Positions 41,678-51,417 of a stretch of DNA of 64,000 bases are shown here, in pieces. The stretch spans positions 372,001-436,000 of IMG/VR virus record IMGVR_UViG_3300035661_000001; one strand, 5' to 3'. How positions within the stretch are numbered: the first letter of the stretch is position 1; every line of letters begins with the position of its first letter. The notes under the pieces were generated by a model, which saw nothing but the letters and a program-made list of their open reading frames with translations, was not told the origin of the DNA and ran no database searches. The position numbers were made by a program, and so were the translations under genes.

Positions 41678-41710
41678 GGTACGAGGTTTGCATAATGCAA
41701 TTAGCTAGCC
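41678..41710. promoter_or_regulatory. Head-to-head sigma54 pair
   Basis: GGTACGAGGTTTGC-ATAAT-GCAATTAGCTAGCC. Confidence 0.75.
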
Positions 41711-41769
41711 AACTCCGGAGTACAAGCTAGAGAGCTCGGTCCCATCCTCTAACAGATATCGGCAGTGAC

Positions 41770-42099
41770 ATGGCAACTCACCTGATGGTTCTCGGTAATC
41801 ACGAAGCTGTCAACGCGTCTCTCTTCAACCCCAACCGTTACAGTTTCCGGTGGAATGCGGATCACACGGCGTTCGAGCCCATCCTCGCCCGGTACTGGGA
41901 CGATGCCAGCTACATCGCGAAGCGCTCACGCGACACCGCCCCGGAATGGAAGAAGCCCATCGCCGAGCCGGATTTCCATGAGAGGAGCTGGCTCGCGTTC
42001 CAGGCTTTCATGCACGATCCCATCGATGATGTGCAGGAGCCCGAGTTCTTCCCGCGTGACGCGACGGAGACGATGCCTGCCGATCACATGTGGTTCTGA
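41770..42099 (+). CDS. Hypothetical protein
   Basis: 109 aa, high GC3. Confidence 0.65.
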   Translation: MATHLMVLGNHEAVNASLFNPNRYSFRWNADHTAFEPILARYWDDASYIAKRSRDTAPEWKKPIAEPDFHERSWLAFQAFMHDPIDDVQEPEFFPRDATETMPADHMWF

Positions 42100-42134
42100 G
42101 AGATTCCCATCCTTCCACGAGGAGAGCCTGAATC

Positions 42135-42311
42135 ATGCAAACGCCTTCCATCAAGCATCCCGAGAGCAACCACCTTTTCGCCCGGCGCGCCGCCGAGGAT
42201 CAGATCCTCGTCGCTGGAGCCGGCACCTTCGCCACCGTCGAGGATGGCAAGCTGTTCACCACACCAATCGCCGCTCCCGATCAGTTCGCGAAGTGGCGCC
42301 CGGTCCAGTGA
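42135..42311 (+). CDS. Small hypothetical protein (58 aa)
   Basis: GGAG RBS; manual translation MQTPSIKHPESNHLFARRAAEDQ... Confidence 0.55.
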   Translation: MQTPSIKHPESNHLFARRAAEDQILVAGAGTFATVEDGKLFTTPIAAPDQFAKWRPVQ

Positions 42312-42359
42312 GGGGAGGGAGAGGATCGCCTCTCCCCTTCTCTTTTGCCGTTCTGTCAT

Positions 42360-42463
42360 GGCACACTGTTTGCAAACTGCGAGAGTTATGCCATTCGCTA
42401 TTCCCGAATCGCGAATCACGGCTAGCCGTTGGCATGGGTTGTGCAATATGCAATGTCGAAGCC
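42360..42463. promoter_or_regulatory. Two head-to-head sigma54 pairs after a terminator hairpin (42310-42346)
   Basis: GGCACACTGTTTGC-AAACT-GCGAGAGTTATGCC (42360-42392); GGCATGGGTTGTGC-AATAT-GCAATGTCGAAGCC (42431-42463). Confidence 0.8.
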
Positions 42464-42749
42464 AAGCCCGGATCGGACCCTCCGGGCGCACTAAGAGGAG
42501 ACCGGCGACCCATCCTCTAACAGGATCCCCGAGGACTACCGGCAACGCTGCGAAAGCGAAGCTGGACTCGGGTGGAACGCTCCCCGGTCCCAAGCTGCAA
42601 GAGCAGGGTCCAAACGGTGCGGCACCGTCAACAACGCCGCGGCGATAGGGAATACCTACCGCACCCTAATCGGAGGAGAGAGAGACCCATCCCCGAAAGG
42701 GGTTCTCCAAAGGGGTCAGTCACTCTCCAACCAAAAAGGATTCACCGCC

Positions 42750-44081
42750 ATGAACTCCCTCACGTCGCTCTCTTCCGCCGTCGCTCTCCCCGATAACTCC
42801 GCGTTCTTCGCGGATCTCCTCTCCGATGATCCCGAGATTCGGGCGCTGCTGGACGCGGCGTATGGTAAGGGTAGCACCAAAGTGCCCGGCGTCACCGTGA
42901 CCCGCTCCGGTAGCCTCAACGCCCGTCCCCTCATCGGCGGGATCAAGCCCGGCGGACGCAAGTCCCGTGCCAACGGCGATAAGCCCGCTCGGGCTCCGAA
43001 GGCGGACAAGCCCGCCAAGGAAGCGAAGGTGGAGCCCATCCTCGTCGAGCTGACGTGGAAGTCCAACGGTTCGGGCGCTGCCCGCTTCCTGGAAGCTCTC
43101 TCAATGGCGGGGAAGCGGTTCCGCTGCTACGAGACGGATGGTGTTGACGTGGTTTCCGGCGAGTGTCACTCGGCGGGAGATCCCGTCCTCGCCTCCAACG
43201 GCGCCCCTCTCACGTACTTCGCTGGCGACATCGCCCAGCGGTCCGACGAGCGCGCCGCGATCGAAGCCTGCTTCGACGGCTCCTCGCGCTCCGAAGCGCT
43301 CGGGACGCAACTGGATCAAGCGCGCATGCTCGCCCAAACGGCGATACGGCGCGGCATGTCGGGCAAGGTCGAGCACCGCGCCTTTCACTACAGCGGGATC
43401 GACAATTCCCCGCGCACCGTGGTTCACGCGGTGTATCACACGGGCGTCGTCGCCTCGGCTCACCCCTGGCGTTCTCCGGATGCTCACTCGGCGATCTGGT
43501 CGGTCGAGGGTTACGTGAAGGGACTCCCCCGTCCCATCCAGAAGCTGCTCGGGGACATGTGTGCCCGTGAGCGTCTGGCGACCGACGAGGTGATCACGCT
43601 GGGCAAGCTCCGCGCCTTCGTGGTCGCGGAGGATCAGGAGAGCTTCGAGTCTCTCATGAACCGGGAGTACCCCTCGTCAAAGGAGATCGAGACCATCTTC
43701 GCCCTGGATGGCATCACGGTTCAGGACTACACGGTGGTCGAGAAGCTGCACCCGGTCGTGGTCGCTCTCAAGCGCGAGCGTGGCATGAGACTCCTCGACC
43801 GTCTCGCCAAGCTGGAAACGTTCGCGGCGATCCGTCTCGCTGAGGTTCAGCGCAAGATCGATGCCGTCGAGGGCGGCGATACCGCCAAGTCGATCGCCGA
43901 CATGTACGCCGAAGCGGACGCATGCGGATCGATCGCGACGCTGGAGGAAAGTATCCTGTCCTGCTACGATCCGCAGGCGCGCATGTACTACACCCTGCCC
44001 GTGGGCACGGTGATCCCCGCCGGTCCCATCGAGCGCCTCGCGGCGCACCTCGCCGAGCACAGCCTGGATCTCACGAAGTGA
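42750..44081 (+). CDS. Large hypothetical protein (443 aa) with basic N-terminal linker
   Basis: AAGGA RBS, strong GC3 bias, no recognisable family. Confidence 0.8.
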   Translation: MNSLTSLSSAVALPDNSAFFADLLSDDPEIRALLDAAYGKGSTKVPGVTVTRSGSLNARPLIGGIKPGGRKSRANGDKPARAPKADKPAKEAKVEPILVELTWKSNGSGAARFLEALSMAGKRFRCYETDGVDVVSGECHSAGDPVLASNGAPLTYFAGDIAQRSDERAAIEACFDGSSRSEALGTQLDQARMLAQTAIRRGMSGKVEHRAFHYSGIDNSPRTVVHAVYHTGVVASAHPWRSPDAHSAIWSVEGYVKGLPRPIQKLLGDMCARERLATDEVITLGKLRAFVVAEDQESFESLMNREYPSSKEIETIFALDGITVQDYTVVEKLHPVVVALKRERGMRLLDRLAKLETFAAIRLAEVQRKIDAVEGGDTAKSIADMYAEADACGSIATLEESILSCYDPQARMYYTLPVGTVIPAGPIERLAAHLAEHSLDLTK

Positions 44082-44691
44082 TCCCGCCGGGGAGGGTTCG
44101 CCCTCCCCATTCTCACCCGGACGGATAGGCGAGCGCCTATCCGTCCCCTCCCTGGGATCGATCCCATCGGAGAGGAGAGAGGCGGCTCACAAGCGCTGGC
44201 GGGCGGGCGTGAGTATCTTAACGCGCACGTCTCTCTTCTCTCCGCTGCGACCCATCCTTGGAGCACAGCACCGGCTAACCCATCCTCATTCACACGTGGA
44301 GAAGGTCATGCAACATCTCATCATCGGGTTTCTCATGGGCGGCGCCATCCTGGCGATCGAGCAGGCGGACCGGCAGATCGTCCCGATTCTCACCGGCGTC
44401 CCCATCACTTCCGAGACGCGCTGGATCAGCGCGGACGCCTACAACCGGGCGGGCGAGTTCCTCTCCGAGTGCGAAAGCCGCACCGGCTGCTTCACCTCCT
44501 GATCCCATCCCCAGCTACGTCGAGGTTCCTCATGAATGATCGAATGGGTACGTACGTCACCACGGTCGTGGGCGGACGCCTGTGCATCAACGACGGGGTC
44601 GGCTGGCATCCCATCAGCGCCGCCTGGCTCGCCCAGCACGGCTGCTTGTTCCGCAAGCGGTAACCAATCCCATCCTCTGAGGAGACTCCAC

Positions 44692-45009
44692 ATGTGGAGA
44701 GACGATGAGATCAACAGGCTGGATCATCCAGCCCCCGACGGATATGTCCGCGTGGCTGCGGAAGATCCTCCCATCGACAAGGATGACGACTACGCTCTCA
44801 TCATCTGCCACGTCGTTTCCTGGCTCGGGAAAGGTTTCATGCCGGCGGTTCGATACTTCGATCGCTCCGGCACCTTTCGTCCCTGCCACAACGGCGACGC
44901 CCATCGCGGAGAGGATCGAGCTGCCTATGACTCCGCTGTCACGGAAGGGCGCAAGATCCTCGCCGACATGCAAGCGCTCACGAAGTCCCACACGTCTCCC
45001 ATCTCCTGA
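44692..45009 (+). CDS. Hypothetical protein
   Basis: GAGGAG RBS, MWRDDEIN... Confidence 0.6.
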   Translation: MWRDDEINRLDHPAPDGYVRVAAEDPPIDKDDDYALIICHVVSWLGKGFMPAVRYFDRSGTFRPCHNGDAHRGEDRAAYDSAVTEGRKILADMQALTKSHTSPIS

Positions 45010-45016
45010 GGACGCC

Positions 45017-45250
45017 ATGAACCAGAACAGCAAGACCGCGCCCGTTCGCAACGCCACCCACGACGAGGCTCTTCTCGCCGACGAGGCGAAGTATGCCCCC
45101 GGCGGACGTGTCCCCGCCCATCTCCAGGTCGACGACTACGAACCCGCGGGCTTCACTCGCATCACTCGTGCTCGCCCGAGCAAGCGCGCCCAGAGCGCGG
45201 AGCGCGAGCGGTTCGACACGCGCCGGCAGCCGCGCGAAGGCAAGTACTGA
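45017..45250 (+). CDS. Hypothetical protein
   Basis: GAGG RBS, MNQNSK...; stop followed by TCCCATC. Confidence 0.6.
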   Translation: MNQNSKTAPVRNATHDEALLADEAKYAPGGRVPAHLQVDDYEPAGFTRITRARPSKRAQSAERERFDTRRQPREGKY

Positions 45251-45403
45251 TCCCATCGGGGATGTAGGTCTCGGGTTGGTAAGGCTGGATCATAGGCACT
45301 TCGGTGCCCCCGCACCAATCTTTGCTCTCTCTATAGGAGAGGGGTAAGAAAGGTTTTGAACGGCGGTTGAGTCCAGCGCTCGAAACTGAACGCATGTTTC
45401 TGC

Positions 45404-45481
45404 GGGGTCTTCCCATCGATGGTTAGAGTCCTGCCGTCAAACGTAGGATGGTGCGGGTTCGACTCCCGCAAGACTCCACCA
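45404..45481 (+). tRNA. Atypical/degenerate tRNA-like element (8-bp acceptor stem, G3:U70, encoded CCA)
   Basis: GGGGTCTT/AAGACTCC-A-CCA; T-arm GCGGG-TTCGACT-CCCGC; anticodon arm TCCTGC-CGTCAAAC-GTAGGA; 5' side of the D-stem is CCCATC. Confidence 0.6.
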
Positions 45482-45621
45482 AGAAGATCACGTGAAGTAT
45501 CTTCGTACATCCCATCAACGACGACGCGACCGCGGAGTCAAGGCTCGACACCGCGAACCGGGGATGCGTTGGAACCGTCGCAAGGACAATCCTTCACCAA
45601 AGCCCGCCACGGCTACGCCTG

Positions 45622-46068
45622 ATGTTCAGGAACACACCTAAATCCCATCTCACCAACCTTCGGCACGAGGTCATGATGAATCAGATCAGCGAAAAGGCGA
45701 AAGCGTTCAAGGCGGCAATGGTGGCGAAGCGAGCCAAGGAGAAGCTCCAGACCGCCCATCGAGATGAGCAGCACGCCAAGCGTACCGAGGCGGGTTACGT
45801 CGACACCGCGCAGAGCGAGCGCGCCGACGACTTCGACTGCGCCCGAGCCTGGGACGCCATGGAGGCGTCCGCGGAGAAGACCTCCCATCGACACTCCGCG
45901 AAGCACGAGGCGCAGGTCGCCCGTCTCGCCGCCGCGCAGCAGGCACGGGTCGCCCGCGGGGAAGCGGACCCCGAGCCCATCCCGGTCAACGACCGCAGCC
46001 ACAACGAGCCCTTCCCGGTCGTGGAGTACAGCCCGGTCCGCGTCGCGCCGGATTTCGACGAAGAGTGA
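45622..46068 (+). CDS. Hypothetical helical protein
   Basis: High GC3; start may be 45673 (GAGG RBS). Confidence 0.65.
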   Translation: MFRNTPKSHLTNLRHEVMMNQISEKAKAFKAAMVAKRAKEKLQTAHRDEQHAKRTEAGYVDTAQSERADDFDCARAWDAMEASAEKTSHRHSAKHEAQVARLAAAQQARVARGEADPEPIPVNDRSHNEPFPVVEYSPVRVAPDFDEE

Positions 46069-46123
46069 TCACCTGCCCCGGCGCCGAAAGGTTCCGGGGC
46101 TTCGCTCTTTTCTTTTCTGTCTT

Positions 46124-46197
46124 GGCACGGGCTTTGCAATATACACTTCTCATGCCAACCCAATGGCACATCTTTTGCAATCTGCAATGTCCGGTCC
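46124..46197. promoter_or_regulatory. Two head-to-head sigma54 pairs after a terminator (46075-46120)
   Basis: GGCACGGGCTTTGC-AATAT-ACACTTCTCATGCC (46124-46156); GGCACATCTTTTGC-AATCT-GCAATGTCCGGTCC (46165-46197). Confidence 0.8.
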
Positions 46198-46239
46198 AAA
46201 CCCCGGAGCACCCATCCTCTAGAAGCCCCCGGCTAACCC

Positions 46240-46701
46240 ATGCACTACGCAATCGAGATCGTCGGTTCTTTCCTGGGTGTTGCCATTCCCGCGTGGTTGC
46301 GCGTGTTCGACTGCCGCAAGCCCATCGGGGAGGAGTTCTCCGCCAAGGCACCCTGGACGTATACCTACGAAGGCAAAACGTTCAGCCCGGCTTTGCTCGG
46401 CTCCGAAACCGCCGCGGTGGATCTCGGATTGCGAACCGAGAAGGAGAACAACGCAAGCTGCCCATCCTCCGGCTCGGGTTACGGCGACACTCGGACCAAT
46501 GAGTCGGAAGCCCATCTGGCAGTGACTCGCATGATCGAGAGCGCCATCCAGCATCACGAGAAGTGGCTCTGGGCAAACGCTCAACCCAAGTCGACCGATG
46601 GCGGCGGGTGCTACTACCAGCCCATCGCGGTCGCCCTCTGCAACTTCGGCTGGTCGGTCATCGCTGACGGTCGGCACTACGTCGTCCCCCAGTACGTCTA
46701 A
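46240..46701 (+). CDS. Hypothetical protein
   Basis: 153 aa, high GC3, TAA-CCCATC end. Confidence 0.6.
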   Translation: MHYAIEIVGSFLGVAIPAWLRVFDCRKPIGEEFSAKAPWTYTYEGKTFSPALLGSETAAVDLGLRTEKENNASCPSSGSGYGDTRTNESEAHLAVTRMIESAIQHHEKWLWANAQPKSTDGGGCYYQPIAVALCNFGWSVIADGRHYVVPQYV

Positions 46702-46730
46702 CCCATCTCAATCTTCAGAAGAGGTACGTC

Positions 46731-47174
46731 ATGCAAGTCATTCTGATGAGTGGTATCCCGGGAAGCGGTAAAGCGACCCTCGCCAAGGAATTGGGTGGTC
46801 CCCTGACCGTTGTCTGTTCTGCCGACGATTACTTCGTCGATCCCATCGAGGGCGCGTACAACTTCGATCCATCCAAGTTGTCGGAAGCGCACGGCGACTG
46901 CATGCGCAAGTTCGTTTCCCATCTGCTCCTCGACGAGGCGGATACCATCATCGTCGACAACACCAATCTGACGGCACTGGAGCTTGCTCCGTACGTCGCC
47001 GTGGCGGCAGCCCATCATGCCAGCGTGGAGATCGTTACCGTTAACTGCAACGTGGATGTTGCGGTGGAACGGAACACCCACAATGTTCCCATCGGTTCCA
47101 TCCGTCGGATGGCAAGGACGCTCCTCGACCGGGCGCTCCCGCCTTACTGGAACGTCATTCAGACGGTGCGCTGA
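46731..47174 (+). CDS. AAA_33 / polynucleotide-kinase-like P-loop protein
   Basis: GIPGSGKAT, SADDYF, IIVDNTN, RNTHNVP. Confidence 0.85.
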   Translation: MQVILMSGIPGSGKATLAKELGGPLTVVCSADDYFVDPIEGAYNFDPSKLSEAHGDCMRKFVSHLLLDEADTIIVDNTNLTALELAPYVAVAAAHHASVEIVTVNCNVDVAVERNTHNVPIGSIRRMARTLLDRALPPYWNVIQTVR

Positions 47175-47191
47175 CCCATCCGAGAGGTGTC

Positions 47192-47401
47192 ATGAAGTTC
47201 ATCGACTGCAATAGTCCGGGCTGCATCTTCGTCGGAGAACAGGTTCACTGTGACGGTCTCTCCTACCTGGGAGGTCATCCCTGTCCCATCTCCGACGAGC
47301 TGGCAACCAAGCTGATGACGGACCCGGGCGACGAGGAAGGTCCCTGGACTCTCCAGCCGGCGCCGGCGTTCTGGGCTGACAACAACGGCAAGCCTGACTG
47401 A
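47192..47401 (+). CDS. Small Cys-rich hypothetical protein
   Basis: GAGG RBS; TGA-CCCATC end. Confidence 0.55.
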   Translation: MKFIDCNSPGCIFVGEQVHCDGLSYLGGHPCPISDELATKLMTDPGDEEGPWTLQPAPAFWADNNGKPD

Positions 47402-47419
47402 CCCATCTGAGGAGCACAC

Positions 47420-47614
47420 ATGATCGTTAAGGTAACGTTCAGCATTTCCGGGAACGGTCAAAACGGAATGGGATGTGTTCCCGAGCCTGGGAAGTTCGAC
47501 ACCGATCCCATCACCTGGGCGATCGGTTTGGAATACTTCTCCGCTTCCGAAGCGCTCGTGTGCTGGGATCCGTTCCAGGACGGTTCCCTCTACTGGAAGC
47601 CCAAGGGCGACTGA
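47420..47614 (+). CDS. Small hypothetical protein
   Basis: GAGGAG RBS; TGA-CCCATC end. Confidence 0.55.
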   Translation: MIVKVTFSISGNGQNGMGCVPEPGKFDTDPITWAIGLEYFSASEALVCWDPFQDGSLYWKPKGD

Positions 47615-47643
47615 CCCATCTTCTACCTTCCACGGTGATCGTC

Positions 47644-47913
47644 ATGAATCGTAAACCTAGGACGAACGGACCGAACCTGCACATGTGCAATCCTTTGGCG
47701 GTGCCTACCCCATCGAAAAGTTACATGTTCGGCGTGGAGATCACCGATCAGAACCAAGCCGAGCTGTACGATGCCTATCGGTCGGGACAGTCTATCGGGG
47801 ATGCGTTCTGGTTCGCCGAATGCATGTACGATAAAAAAGAGCGTCTTGCTCTGATCGACCGTCGCGTCGCCGGGGGCATGTCGTTCCACCCATCCTCTCA
47901 CTCACTACGGTGA
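47644..47913 (+). CDS. Hypothetical protein
   Basis: MNRKPRT... high GC3. Confidence 0.5.
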   Translation: MNRKPRTNGPNLHMCNPLAVPTPSKSYMFGVEITDQNQAELYDAYRSGQSIGDAFWFAECMYDKKERLALIDRRVAGGMSFHPSSHSLR

Positions 47914-48443
47914 TGATCATGATGATCGACTGCAAGTGTTCGGGCAACGTGGCGTGTTCCGGTTGCAAAGCGGCGGCAGCGCAGGAGCCCCGAGCGGAAC
48001 GCCAGGCGCCTCCCGCTCCCGAGACCCATCGTCCCTGCACTCGCTGCAAAGGCGAGGGAACGATTCCCGATATCTTGAACAAGTCCAAGATGCGCGACTG
48101 CCTCTCGTGCGGCGGGACCGGCGAGTTCGCACCCATCAACCTGGATGATCTCCTGAATCGCATCCGGGCGAGCCAGGGCAAGAACAAGGGTCGGCTCCGC
48201 GCCAGCATGACGTCTCCCATCCGCAAGGACGGGATGAATGCGGCGCGAGCCTACTACGTCTGGCGCATGGCGCGCTTCCACGGCGGGCAGGATACCACCA
48301 TGCCCATCACGGCTTCGTACTGCGTCCACGGTGATCCCTTCACCGACAAGCTCGACGCCATCGCGGATCACATCGCCAAGCAAGCCTTCGGCACGGATCT
48401 TGCCGGGGTCGCTCGCTGGGCTCGTGCCTTCGGGATGGTGTGA
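47910..48443 (+). CDS. Protein with DnaJ-type CxxCxGxG zinc finger
   Basis: CTRCKGEG and CLSCGGTG; TGA-CCCATC end. Confidence 0.65.
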   Translation: MMIMMIDCKCSGNVACSGCKAAAAQEPRAERQAPPAPETHRPCTRCKGEGTIPDILNKSKMRDCLSCGGTGEFAPINLDDLLNRIRASQGKNKGRLRASMTSPIRKDGMNAARAYYVWRMARFHGGQDTTMPITASYCVHGDPFTDKLDAIADHIAKQAFGTDLAGVARWARAFGMV

Positions 48444-48472
48444 CCCATCCGTTAACCGAAGTCGAGGTTGCT

Positions 48473-48721
48473 ATGACGGATACACAACGGGCTCTTCGTG
48501 AGGCATTCTTCAAGCAGGAGGAGCGGCTCGCCCATCTGGTGGATGACAAGCCGGAGAACCCTTCCAATCTGGAGAAGGCAGCTTTCTGTGAAGCCATGTT
48601 CGATTTCCGTGCGGCGTGGTTGCATGCCGTCGGCTTCCGGGACGGTCTGCAAAAGGCGTGCCAGCTTGCGGGGATCCAGGGTTTCGAGGAAGCGGTCCCA
48701 TCCACTACTCCGGCGGGGTGA
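48473..48721 (+). CDS. Hypothetical protein
   Basis: GAGG RBS, MTDTQRALRE... Confidence 0.55.
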   Translation: MTDTQRALREAFFKQEERLAHLVDDKPENPSNLEKAAFCEAMFDFRAAWLHAVGFRDGLQKACQLAGIQGFEEAVPSTTPAG

Positions 48722-48725
48722 GGAT

Positions 48726-49016
48726 ATGAATCTACCCCGCGGCTACGAAGTCGGTGTCGTTCGTGTCTCGCGTTGCGATGAAGCGCAGGAGCATGCCAGG
48801 CTCACCTCGACCCATCGTCAGGGTGACTGCTGTGTCATTCAAGATGCGCTGTTCGAGGATGGTGTGGAGGTCGAGGGCGCAGCCACGGTCTCCCGCTGGA
48901 ACAGCGGCAAGCAAGTCTTCCCCGAACCCATCAGTTCTCCGAACTGTCTGTGGGACGAGGAGCTCGAAGCGGATTACCTGACCGAACTCTATCGGCAGGA
49001 TCAGGACAGGGAGTAA
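48726..49016 (+). CDS. Hypothetical protein
   Basis: GAGG RBS, MNLPRGYEVG...; TAA-TCCCATC end. Confidence 0.55.
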   Translation: MNLPRGYEVGVVRVSRCDEAQEHARLTSTHRQGDCCVIQDALFEDGVEVEGAATVSRWNSGKQVFPEPISSPNCLWDEELEADYLTELYRQDQDRE

Positions 49017-49276
49017 TCCCATCTACAGGAGTTCGACATGTGCATCAAGCTCGGTTCTTGCAAAGGCGAATGTCCTGGGTGCAACACGCGTCGAGCCCGG
49101 CTCGACGCGGACCGAACCGCCAAGCCGTTGAGCCGGATCGTTTCCCATCCTCCGCGAGCTTGGTGCTCTGGTCCGGGAACCATTCTGGTGGACCCGGAAT
49201 ACGAGCTGCCCGACGGGGTGCGACTGGCGCTGACCTGAGAGCTGGTTCCCATCCAGCAATGTAAGGAGAGGTAATC

Positions 49277-49570
49277 ATGAATCACGATGCCCATTTCGAC
49301 CGCATTGCTCGCGAGATTCGTGAAGATGATCTCGAAACCTTCACCTTCGCCGAAGCCCAGGGATGGGCAAAGGAGCTGGGCTTCTCCGTCGAGCGCCCAT
49401 CCTCCGTCATCCAAGCTCTCGAAGCGCGGGGATTGAAGAAGGTCGAGAGGCAACCGCCTCGCAAGTTCCGCACGTTGGGGAGCAATCCTCACGATCGCTG
49501 GCAAGCCTGCCCGTCCCATGGCGGCGGCGCGGGCGACAGCATGATCGGGATGGCGGGACGAGCTGGATGA
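49277..49570 (+). CDS. Hypothetical protein
   Basis: AGGAGAGG RBS; followed by a terminator hairpin (49582-49629). Confidence 0.65.
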   Translation: MNHDAHFDRIAREIREDDLETFTFAEAQGWAKELGFSVERPSSVIQALEARGLKKVERQPPRKFRTLGSNPHDRWQACPSHGGGAGDSMIGMAGRAG

Positions 49571-49632
49571 TGGGCATCATTGGGCGCTGCCTCGGAAGGG
49601 GTCGCGCCCTTTTGCCGTTTCGTTTTTTGGTT

Positions 49633-49665
49633 GGCATACTGTTTGCACTCTGCACGATAGGTGCC
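49633..49665. promoter_or_regulatory. Head-to-head sigma54 pair
   Basis: GGCATACTGTTTGC-ACTCT-GCACGATAGGTGCC. Confidence 0.8.
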
Positions 49666-49706
49666 ATCTCGATTCCCATCCTCTAATTAGCTGTCCGGTG
49701 ATTACC

Positions 49707-49856
49707 ATGTCAAGCAAGGCGTCGAAGAATGCTGAGGGGATGACGTTCGCGGAATGGTTGGCTGCCGCCCATCTGCCGGAAGTAGATCCCCCGATCGACG
49801 CAGCGATTGCCTGGGCGCGGTGTGAAGATCCCGCCGACTGGCTCACGGGAACCTGA
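49707..49856 (+). CDS. Microprotein (49 aa), paralog of 52402
   Basis: NAEGMTFAEWLAAA...AWARCEDPADW. Confidence 0.6.
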   Translation: MSSKASKNAEGMTFAEWLAAAHLPEVDPPIDAAIAWARCEDPADWLTGT

Positions 49857-49879
49857 CCCATCTTCCAACGACAGAGAGA

Positions 49880-50275
49880 ATGAACATGAAGCAAGTTCTT
49901 CGTATCATCGGTGGTCTTTCGATGCTCGTGACTCTCTGTCCGCCGCGTGCGGCGCAAGGGGCTTTCGATTCCCGGCTCGAATCCTACGAGGATCGCAATC
50001 CCATCCTCGGCGGCAAGTCGACGGAGGAGTTCCTGGCTCTCCAGGAACGGCAGGGTCCGAGCGAGGACGACTGCGAGGTCACCGTCGCCAACATCCTCGA
50101 TCCCATCGAGTCGGAGGGAGAGGACGAGAACGGCGGCGAGATCATGGGATTCGCCACGCAGCCCCGGAGGACCCGTTCCCATCGGAGCTACGACAACGCT
50201 GTCAGCAACGCCGGGTTCGAGGAGAGCGTGCTCTCTTCGCTGGTCGACGCTTGGATGAATCGCGGGAGGACCTGA
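49880..50275 (+). CDS. Acidic hypothetical protein
   Basis: 131 aa, hydrophobic N-terminus. Confidence 0.55.
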   Translation: MNMKQVLRIIGGLSMLVTLCPPRAAQGAFDSRLESYEDRNPILGGKSTEEFLALQERQGPSEDDCEVTVANILDPIESEGEDENGGEIMGFATQPRRTRSHRSYDNAVSNAGFEESVLSSLVDAWMNRGRT

Positions 50276-50426
50276 AGTCCAACCCATCGACCTGATTCTT
50301 TCAGGTCGGAGACCAGGATAGAGGCGACGCAGAAGCGACCCTTGGCAAACCGCCAGCAGCCGCCTCCCGACTTCTCTATCCTGATCTCCGGTCCGAACCC
50401 ATCAAGCAAGATATCGAGGCAAGGTC

Positions 50427-50711
50427 ATGTATAAGAACACCAAGCACGGCGTCGCGGCATTCCACCAGAACATCGCGTTCACGGGACCGAGCTCCCGCGT
50501 GCTCGTCGGTGAGCAGGATGGTGATCCCATCATCACGATCTTCTCCTACGATCTCAAGGTCGGGGAGAAGCGGGGCGGACCGTTCGGGAAGATTCATCTT
50601 CTTCCCATGCCCATCAAGGGTACGCCGATCGAGCAGGGCGGGAGCAAAACGAGCCGCTCCTTGATCCGGGCGCTGTGGGCGCAGTATCCCACTGCTCAGA
50701 AGCTCGTCTGA
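50427..50711 (+). CDS. Hypothetical protein
   Basis: 94 aa, high GC3. Confidence 0.6.
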   Translation: MYKNTKHGVAAFHQNIAFTGPSSRVLVGEQDGDPIITIFSYDLKVGEKRGGPFGKIHLLPMPIKGTPIEQGGSKTSRSLIRALWAQYPTAQKLV

Positions 50712-51115
50712 TCTTTCCCATCAACAAGATCGTCAGAGGTGATCATGTTCTCATCTTTCAAGCCGAACGACATGCTGTGGGTCGAAGGTGTCAAGCTGGA
50801 GTCCCGCCGCTACTTCTTCGCGCTCGGCGCCATGAGCGCCGCGCTGGTCATCTACGGCGGGTTCCTCTTCGCCACCGGGTCCTGACCCATCCTGGAGATG
50901 TCATGGAAAAGAAAACCTACGTCGTCAGGATCTCCGTCAACCCGGCGACGGGAAAAGAGATCATGATCAACAACGACACCAACGAACCCATCACGGGCAG
51001 GATCACCCTGGCTGGTATGGTCCTCGTCGGAACTCGCCTTAGCGGGTTCAGTAAGCTGCTCCTGGTTTTCGAGGAGCGGTAGAGTCCCATCGTTCACAAC
51101 GAGAGGCACAAGTTC

Positions 51116-51358
51116 ATGAGAGAAGTTCGTTTGATTGGTGGCGTTCCGTTCAACGTCATGGTCTGCCCGCCGCAGCCTACCCCGGATCCCATCCGGGAAG
51201 TGGAGATGTCGGTCGACATCGAGGCGGGCATGGCGAACCAGCTCGACGGCGTGTTCTTCCCGTTCACGGGTGAGCCCATCGTCGGCAACGCCACGGACAT
51301 CAACGCGCATGTCGATGCGCGAGCCGGTGATGCCCGTCTGTTCGAGTCGCTCGGCTGA
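51116..51358 (+). CDS. Hypothetical protein
   Basis: 80 aa, GAGG RBS. Confidence 0.55.
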   Translation: MREVRLIGGVPFNVMVCPPQPTPDPIREVEMSVDIEAGMANQLDGVFFPFTGEPIVGNATDINAHVDARAGDARLFESLG

Positions 51359-51417
51359 TACGTTCAAGTCCCATCCAAGTCCATTCCGCCAACCGTTCAG
51401 ACAAGGAGAGATACGAT

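Noticed and set aside
45340-45481. tmRNA
   Set aside because: The 3' end resembles tmRNA (CTCCACCA), but the best acceptor partner is at 45404, leaving no room for a tag reading frame or pseudoknots
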